A DNA stretch of 64,000 nt, from contig CALTZU010000001.1 of assembly GCA_943913835.1 (NCBI GenBank), positions 2,446-66,445 on the forward strand, given 5' to 3'. The notes below the pieces were generated by a model that did no database searches, was not told the origin of the DNA, and saw only the letters and a list, made by a program, of their open reading frames with translations. Of the stretch, positions 57,788 to 64,000 are shown in pieces. The translations under genes and the position numbers were made by a program. The number at the start of each line of letters is the position of its first letter. Within the stretch, counting starts at the first letter, position 1. The DNA comes from an uncultured Rheinheimera sp. (GTDB lineage Bacteria > Pseudomonadota > Gammaproteobacteria > Enterobacterales > Alteromonadaceae).

Positions 57788-59073
57788 TGCGACTTCAGGG
57801 CTTTTTCCAGCGGATCCAGTGGCTGGATAAACTCATTCTCATGCTGTGCAGCTGCTATTTATTGGTAGATGCCTGTAATGGCTTTTTACTCAACCAGTTG
57901 GGTCGCAGCTTTGGCTTGTCTGCTTTGTACAAAGTGGTGATGTTGCTGCTGATGCTGCTCTCTTTAAGTCTGCGCAGCGGCAAAACTTTTTTGCTTTTTC
58001 CCGGACTTTTTGTGTTATTGCTGCCCGGGGCTTTTTACAGCTGGTTGCAACTGGGCGGATCTTTAGCAGCAGATCTGGGGTTACTGCTTAAACTAATTTC
58101 GCCTCTTATCGCCTTTTATTATCTGCTGTCATTGGCGCGGCTGGATAGTCAGTTTGCCTTAAAGTTTCTGCATCAGGTTTTTGTGTTCAACTACCTTATA
58201 GTACTGGTGAATTTTATTCTGGGTGCTTTGGGCTATGGCTATACCTCATATTTGCCACAAGAACATCTGAGTAAAGTAGATTTAGGCAGTAAAGGTTTCT
58301 TTAATGCGGCCAATGAACTCTCAGTTGTGCTGTTGGTATTATCCGCCTGGCTGTTGCATTACTACTGGCAAAAGCACAAGCTGATTTTTATTGCTGTGGC
58401 TGCGAGCTCCGTTTGGTGTGCCAGCTTAATGCTGACAAAAACCGGCTTATTGGGCTCTTTGATTTTGGTCTTGTTGACCCCGATCACGCCTTGGTTGATC
58501 CGTTTGAACTGGTCCAGGCTGGCCTTTGCTGCGGCGTTGTTAGCTGTCAGTACTGCCCTGGTGATTTGGCAAGCGCCGCTGTTGTTAGCTCAGCTAGGGT
58601 TAGCTGAGAAGTTGCAGCATATCTATCAGCAGCAAGGTTTATTGGGGGTGCTGTTGTCATCACGTGATAAATACGCTGCTGAAATCTGGCAAGTGGTTAA
58701 TTTTTACTACAGTGACTTGCATCGTGTGTTTGGAGTGGGGTTGATTGGTGTTTCAGAACATCTGTGGAAGTTTTGGGCCGAGTCCGATCCTTTTGATTTA
58801 TATATTTTTTATGGTGTAGCAGGTCTATTGTTTTTCTTCTGGGTTTTTATAGGATTCATAGCGCAGAACTTAAGACTGTGCCGGCTTTTTGCCTCTGATA
58901 TCGCCGCCACTCTGGTGTTGCTCAATTTGTTGTTGCTAATGGTGTCCTGTATTGCCGGCCATGTGATCAGTTCTGGCATGTTGTGGCCTGTCTGGGGTTT
59001 TATTAACGCTGCAGCATTGATCCAGTGCCAATTACAGCAAAATCATCGGGAGCCACAGCATGCTGCGCAGTGA
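57787..59073 (+). CDS. Wzy-like polymerase / O-antigen-ligase-like membrane protein
   Basis: About 11 TM segments, KGFF.AANE, TKTG, SSRD, FGVG, ESDPFDL...YG, IAGH; TAATG coupling. Confidence 0.75.
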   Translation: MRLQGFFQRIQWLDKLILMLCSCYLLVDACNGFLLNQLGRSFGLSALYKVVMLLLMLLSLSLRSGKTFLLFPGLFVLLLPGAFYSWLQLGGSLAADLGLLLKLISPLIAFYYLLSLARLDSQFALKFLHQVFVFNYLIVLVNFILGALGYGYTSYLPQEHLSKVDLGSKGFFNAANELSVVLLVLSAWLLHYYWQKHKLIFIAVAASSVWCASLMLTKTGLLGSLILVLLTPITPWLIRLNWSRLAFAAALLAVSTALVIWQAPLLLAQLGLAEKLQHIYQQQGLLGVLLSSRDKYAAEIWQVVNFYYSDLHRVFGVGLIGVSEHLWKFWAESDPFDLYIFYGVAGLLFFFWVFIGFIAQNLRLCRLFASDIAATLVLLNLLLLMVSCIAGHVISSGMLWPVWGFINAAALIQCQLQQNHREPQHAAQ

Positions 59074-60316
59074 TTTTGTCCGAAAACTGCTGAACAATAG
59101 CCTGGCTCATGGCCTGAACTTTGGCTCGCGCTGGTTATTAAACTTGGTGGTGGCCCGACAGCTGCTGGCCAGTGATTTTGGTGTCTTTAGTTATATTTAC
59201 ATGCTGGCGAATTTGTTTTTCCCAACCATAGCTTTTGGCGTTAGTTTTTATCTAATCCACTATTCAGCTAAACAGCAGCAAATCAGTTTATTGCTCAACA
59301 GTCTGGTATTGAGCTTTATAGTGTTTATGCTGTTATGTGTCGCAGCTATAGGTATAGATTATTGGATTAACGACACTGTGCCTTACTACCTTTACCTGCT
59401 GAGTTTACTGATTGGTTTGATCTGGGCTATCAGTCAGGCGATATTTTGTTACCTCAAAGGCAGGCAGCAATTTTTTGTTGAGGTGAAATCACAGTTTGTT
59501 GGCGCTCTGAGTTTACTGCTGGTTGTTGCATTGCTATTTGCCGGCGTCATCACACAACTTGATGCTATGTTGGAAGCTGTGTTGGTGGCGAGTTTATTGC
59601 CAGTGGTGATGGGATTGAATGTGTTATGGCCTGAGTTAAAAACAGGAGTAGGGCCTTATTTTAAAAACTTTTCCAGCTACTTTGGCTGGCAAGACATCAG
59701 GCATAGGCTGCATTTTGCTCTGCACGATGTATTTGCCATTATTATGACCAATATTCCTTTTATTTTTCTGGCTTTATTCAGTACCTTGCTGGCTCTGGGG
59801 CAATTTCGCAAACTATTTATTTTATTTATGCCTGTTACCTTATTGCCTGTGATTTTTTCGCAGGTATTTTTAAGCAGGTTAAGTCGTCTGACTGAATTGC
59901 GAGCCAAACTAGGTTTTTTCCGTAAAGTCTTTGTCTTTACCTTACCTGTTCTATCCTTGCCTTATCTGTTTATGTGGCCCTTGGGTGACTGGTTGTATCA
60001 GCTATCTTTTAACGAAGCGCTGGATCCGGATCATCTTCTGATGCTGCATTTGGTGTTGGCGACTTTGTGGATCACTTTGCTCAAAACCTATTTTGAAGTA
60101 CTGCTGACTTCGCTGGGTGCCAATCACTATAAAGCTATGTTGGTGACTTTGGCCGTAGTGTTAACTGCTTTGGCTTATTGTTGGTTTAATTACAGCCTGA
60201 CAGTGGAGTTAACTGCCTGGTTATTTTTGACTGGGAATCTGCTTATTACCTCTATGCTGGTGGTCACTTGTGTCTGGCAAATCAGGCGTCAAGGCAGGAA
60301 TTTGCAGGCTCTTTAA
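59060..60316 (+). CDS. Second Wzx-like flippase (MOP superfamily)
   Basis: VARQL...DFGVFSY; about 12 TM segments; last gene of the operon. Confidence 0.78.
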   Translation: MLRSDFVRKLLNNSLAHGLNFGSRWLLNLVVARQLLASDFGVFSYIYMLANLFFPTIAFGVSFYLIHYSAKQQQISLLLNSLVLSFIVFMLLCVAAIGIDYWINDTVPYYLYLLSLLIGLIWAISQAIFCYLKGRQQFFVEVKSQFVGALSLLLVVALLFAGVITQLDAMLEAVLVASLLPVVMGLNVLWPELKTGVGPYFKNFSSYFGWQDIRHRLHFALHDVFAIIMTNIPFIFLALFSTLLALGQFRKLFILFMPVTLLPVIFSQVFLSRLSRLTELRAKLGFFRKVFVFTLPVLSLPYLFMWPLGDWLYQLSFNEALDPDHLLMLHLVLATLWITLLKTYFEVLLTSLGANHYKAMLVTLAVVLTALAYCWFNYSLTVELTAWLFLTGNLLITSMLVVTCVWQIRRQGRNLQAL

Positions 60317-60351
60317 AAAAAAGCCAGTCTGGTTCAGACTGGCTTTTTCTT
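60315..60351. terminator. Bidirectional intrinsic terminator
   Basis: AAAAAAAGCCAGTCTG-GTT-CAGACTGGCTTTTT. Confidence 0.88.
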
Positions 60352-60363
60352 AGTGCAATCAAC

Positions 60364-61596
60364 TTAGTGTGCTGAGCGCAACGGGCCTACCACGTTGATC
60401 AGACTGTTTCTACTAAAGTCCAAATCACCAAAACCTTTGTGGTTTACCAGAATCACTATAATGTCAGCTTTTAAACCTTGCTCTACAGACACCAATTCAA
60501 CATTGGACGCCAGCTTATTGGTTTTTTCGACATTAGGTTCAACCGCATAGATTTTACCCTGATAAGCTTGTGCTAGGTCGTTGACTATATGCAAAGCAGG
60601 GCTTTCACGTAAATCGTCAATGTCCGGCTTAAAGGCCAGACCAAAACAAGCGATCGAAGGTTTGTGCAGCGCATGGTTGGCGACAGTCGACAATATCTTC
60701 TGTAATACCCATTGAGGCTTAAAGTCGTTGACTTCTCGGGCTGTGCGGATCAACTTGGCTTGTTCTGGTGCTGAATGCACTATAAACCAAGGGTCTACCG
60801 CAATACAGTGACCACCTACACCAGCGCCTGGTGTCAGAATATTTACGCGAGGGTGGCGGTTAGCCATTTTAATCAGTTCCCAGACATCGATATTCAGCTC
60901 ATCACAGATCAACGATAACTCGTTAGCAAAAGCTATATTGACGTCACGGAAGGCGTTTTCTGTCAGTTTTGACATTTCTGCGGTACGGGCGTCAGAAATT
61001 AAACATTCGCCTGTGACAAAGGTCTGGTACAGAGCTTTGGCTTTCTCAGAACAGGCTGGAGTTAAACCGCCGACTATACGGTCGTTGGCAATAAGTTCAT
61101 AGACAACACGGCCTGGCAAAACACGCTCAGGGCAATAGGCCACGTGAATGTCTGGCTGTGAAGAGTCTGTGGGTACTGTCAAATCCGGACGGGCTTCACT
61201 GATCCACTGGCAGATTTTTTCTGTTGTACCGACTGGGCTGGTGGATTCCAGCACCACTAAATTACCTTTAGCCAAGACTGGAGCAATGGATTTTACCGCC
61301 GCCTCAACATAAGTTAAATCCGGTGATAAATCATCAAAAAATGGCGTAGGCACAGCAATCATAAATGCATCAGCTGCCACGGGTTTGGTTTGTGCTGATA
61401 AATAACCTCCGGTAACTGCGGCATGCACCAGCATATCCAGTTCCGGCTCGACTATATGAATTTTCCCCTGATTGATGGTATCGACAGCATGTTGGTTCAC
61501 GTCAATACCAATCACGCGCAATTTGCGTGATGCCAACATGGCTGCCGTCGGCAGACCTATATACCCCAAACCAATGACTGACACCGTTTTAAACAT
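60364..61596 (-). CDS. wecC: UDP-N-acetyl-D-mannosamine dehydrogenase
   Basis: GLGYIGLPTA, IHIVEP.LD, ESTSPVG, YCPERVLPG, KLTEN.FRDVNIAFANE, GVGGHC, FKPDIDDLRESPA. Confidence 0.96.
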   Translation of the reverse strand: MFKTVSVIGLGYIGLPTAAMLASRKLRVIGIDVNQHAVDTINQGKIHIVEPELDMLVHAAVTGGYLSAQTKPVAADAFMIAVPTPFFDDLSPDLTYVEAAVKSIAPVLAKGNLVVLESTSPVGTTEKICQWISEARPDLTVPTDSSQPDIHVAYCPERVLPGRVVYELIANDRIVGGLTPACSEKAKALYQTFVTGECLISDARTAEMSKLTENAFRDVNIAFANELSLICDELNIDVWELIKMANRHPRVNILTPGAGVGGHCIAVDPWFIVHSAPEQAKLIRTAREVNDFKPQWVLQKILSTVANHALHKPSIACFGLAFKPDIDDLRESPALHIVNDLAQAYQGKIYAVEPNVEKTNKLASNVELVSVEQGLKADIIVILVNHKGFGDLDFSRNSLINVVGPLRSAH

Positions 61597-61915
61597 AACG
61601 AACTCCATTAACCTTATTGGCTTTTGCTTTGTTGACATCTTATCACAGCACGCCTGAAAGCTTAGATGACGAAGCGTGGCTGTTGAAAAAATTTTTAATA
61701 AAATAACAGTGTTAGCTGAATGGTCGCTTAGTAACTCTGTGGTATCGTTGCATACCCGTCGTACTTGACGCTGCTGCTTTGTTGACTGTGTGCTATCGCT
61801 CCAGTCACCTGGGTGGACTATGCTCCTGGGGCCTCGCGCACTTGTCGCCTCACTGCGACATCAATTACGTAGGGTAGAAACAGCTACTGATAAAGCTCAG
61901 TTCAAGGATCAGAAA

Positions 61916-62629
61916 GTGAAAGATTTTTTAGAACCCTTTTTATACCCACAGAATATATTCCTCTGGTTGTTTTTTTTCGCCTGCCTGTATTATCGCCGTA
62001 AAGGTTTGTGGCTGTTGCTGATTTGGTTTTATCTAACAGGCAATACTCTAGTCGCCAATCAGGTGCGGGATTGGTACAACACGCAAATTAGTACAGCAGT
62101 GTTGCCTGCCAATTTCAATGGTGACTATGTGTTGCTGGGCTGTGGCGGCAATGAACATAGCTTGCCGGATTGCGCCAGCAACAGAATTAATCAACTGGCG
62201 CTGATGCTTAATGCGCAACAGCGGCCTGTTCATGTTTATATGACCACCTTGCACTGCGCGCCTTATGAAGCCTTGTTAAAACAAAAAACAGACTATGCGG
62301 CAATTTCTTGTTTTGATGGCGGTCCTACCACTTATCATGAGTTTGTTTCGTTGTCGAAAAAACTGGATAACACGAAAGACTATTTGTTTATCAGCAGTGA
62401 TTATCATGCGCTAAGAGTGAAAAAACTATCTCAGTTGCATCAGCTAAATGCGCAGGTCTATGCTGCGTCCAGCGCGACTTTCAGGCCTGTGAACTGTGGT
62501 TGGAATTGTTTATTGACGGTGAATTTGTCTAATTATGATTTATTCTCAAAGCTTGCTGCTGAGACTGCGAGTTTGCAGGTGTACAGGCTGACCAAAGACT
62601 GGACTGACTGGTATACCCCAGGTTCTTGA
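61916..62629 (+). CDS. YdcF/ElyC/SanA (DUF218)-like membrane protein
   Basis: Two N-terminal TM segments (..P.N), VLLGCG, R, TT.HE, ISSDYH..R; start moved to GTG after AAGGA. Confidence 0.65.
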   Translation: MKDFLEPFLYPQNIFLWLFFFACLYYRRKGLWLLLIWFYLTGNTLVANQVRDWYNTQISTAVLPANFNGDYVLLGCGGNEHSLPDCASNRINQLALMLNAQQRPVHVYMTTLHCAPYEALLKQKTDYAAISCFDGGPTTYHEFVSLSKKLDNTKDYLFISSDYHALRVKKLSQLHQLNAQVYAASSATFRPVNCGWNCLLTVNLSNYDLFSKLAAETASLQVYRLTKDWTDWYTPGS

Positions 62630-62663
62630 AGCTGTCTGCGGAACATTCTTTCAACGAATAGCA

Positions 62664-62688
62664 GGGCGACCATAAAGGTCGCCCCTAC
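62664..62688 (-). repeat. Single GTAG-type REP (second sequence class); may also act as a terminator
   Basis: Minus strand GTAG-GGGCGACC-TTTAT-GGTCGCCC. Confidence 0.7.
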
Positions 62689-62705
62689 ATTTTATCGGTA
62701 TAAAG

Positions 62706-63746
62706 TTAACGGGCGTTACGGATAATTTCCTGCGCCATTAAATCTGCCACTTCGTTAGTCGGTTTTTGCTGTGCATCAGCGCGCTCGAAGATGGTGATCA
62801 GCGTTTGGTAAATCTGGTTTACCTTGGCAGTAGATTCTTCAGCATTGTAGCCTTGAGCACGCATTTCCATTGCGACGTTGATAATGCCGCCAGCGTTGAT
62901 CACATAATCCGGTGCGTACAGAATGCCTTTTTGGCGTAAAAGTTCACCATGACGACTTTCTTTCAACTGGTTGTTCGCGCAACCTGCAATGACTTTACAT
63001 TTCAGCTGAGGAATAGTGATGTCGTTAAGGGTGGCACCTAAAGCGCATGGGGCGTAGATATCGGCATTAACAGCATAGATTTCGTCTAAGCCTACAGCTG
63101 TGGCACCAAATTGAGCGACAGCGCGGCTGACGGCGTCCTGATTGATATCTGTCACAATCAGTTTGGCACCTTCGTTATGCAGGTATTCGCACAGATAAAA
63201 ACCAACGCTACCTAAACCCTGGACTGCAACTGTAAGGCCTTTTAAATCATCAGTACCAAACTTGTGTTTGGCGGCTGCTTTGATACCGCGGTAAGTGCCG
63301 AGAGCAGTGAAAGGACCAGGGTTACCACTTAAGCCTTCCAAACCTGCAACATAAGGAGTTTCCTTGTTGACCATCATGATATCGCCAGTGGTAATGTTCA
63401 CGTCTTCTGCACTGACATAACGGCCACTCAGTGAATGCACAAACTTGCCAAACTTACGAAACAGAGCTTCAGATTTGATTTTTTTTGCGTCGCCTATAAT
63501 CACGGCTTTACCGCCGCCCAAAGGCAAACCAGCCATAGCGTTTTTGTATGTCATGCCACGGGATAAACGTAATACGTCGACTAAAGCATCTTCATCAGCC
63601 ACATAATCCCACATACGGCAGCCACCTGTCGCAGGGCCCAGGGCTGTGCTGTGAATAGCAATAATGGCTTTTAAACCAGTGCTTTCATCACTACAGAATA
63701 CAACTTGCTCATGGTTATCAAATTCAGGATGGTTAAATACAGCCAC
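62706..63746 (-). CDS. Leucine (Leu/Phe/Val) dehydrogenase
   Basis: HEQVVFC, LGPATGGCR, LSRGMTYKNA.AGL..GGGK, AEDV, VQGLGSVG, PCALG, ANNQL, YAPDYVINAGG; GTG start after GGAGA. Confidence 0.95.
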   Translation of the reverse strand: MAVFNHPEFDNHEQVVFCSDESTGLKAIIAIHSTALGPATGGCRMWDYVADEDALVDVLRLSRGMTYKNAMAGLPLGGGKAVIIGDAKKIKSEALFRKFGKFVHSLSGRYVSAEDVNITTGDIMMVNKETPYVAGLEGLSGNPGPFTALGTYRGIKAAAKHKFGTDDLKGLTVAVQGLGSVGFYLCEYLHNEGAKLIVTDINQDAVSRAVAQFGATAVGLDEIYAVNADIYAPCALGATLNDITIPQLKCKVIAGCANNQLKESRHGELLRQKGILYAPDYVINAGGIINVAMEMRAQGYNAEESTAKVNQIYQTLITIFERADAQQKPTNEVADLMAQEIIRNAR

Positions 63747-63960
63747 GACTTGTTCTCCGTTGATATCAGTCGCCACACCGCGAGGCGTGGCGTTAGGGCT
63801 TTTTTGCGCCGCGGAATGTAACATTTCAGCTTTGCTTACGCTATCAATCTTTAAAAACAAATTCTGGTTAGACCAGTAAATTGTCGACAATTTTAGCTGC
63901 CTCTTGATTGTCAGGATTGAGTCACATAAAGTAGCGCCACTTGCATTAAGGAAACTAACG

Positions 63961-64000
63961 ATGGCAGATCAATTAACCCCGGAACAACAAGAACAGTCGA
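63961..64000 (+). CDS. Start of an unidentified CDS, cut by the window end
   Basis: AAGGA RBS then ATG GCA GAT CAA (MADQLTPEQQEQS...). Confidence 0.6.
   Translation, partial: MADQLTPEQQEQS

Noticed and set aside
63747..63890. Long N-terminal extensions in the ORF track (dehydrogenase; also cvfB, yffB, deoC, Sel1, DUF2061, DUF218-like)
   Set aside because: Downstream starts have better RBS and match family N-termini; the extensions overlap promoters or neighbouring genes

Overview
A chromosomal window from a Gammaproteobacterium; the gene set, gene order and Gln-rich proteins suggest Rheinheimera/Alishewanella (inference, not verified). I saw no prophage, transposase, CRISPR array or rRNA. 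Housekeeping genes include cfa, cvfB, yaeQ, yejM-yejL/yejK, dapE-yffB, yfbV, xthA, deoC, tRNA-Tyr, ychJ, sulA, yciI, recCBD, uppP and a Leu/Phe/Val dehydrogenase. There are four c-di-GMP-related genes. A nine-gene cluster at 39.3-49.3 kb matches the Shewanella NosP/Hno nitric-oxide signalling network but has no local H-NOX. A divergent polysaccharide locus at 49.4-62.6 kb resembles enterobacterial common antigen (wecA, wecG, wecC, wzz, wzy, two wzx) and also carries a pyruvyl transferase, a nitroreductase and a DUF218-like gene. The strongest unannotated signals are non-coding: a DARS-like three-DnaA-box core with IHF sites (12.2 kb), a candidate sigmaE-dependent sRNA (15.5 kb), a Pho box before an EAL-CBS-GGDEF gene, 9-bp-period GACA repeats in the hnoC/hnoD promoter, GTAG-type REPs, and a 16-nt Tn5/Nextera mosaic-end match (23.9 kb). 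Other items worth follow-up are an EIIA(Glc)-like protein that lacks both catalytic histidines and an uncharacterised lipoprotein plus helical-protein operon before recC. All family calls come from recognising motifs by eye, and many start codons were moved from the ORF track using RBS position and homology.
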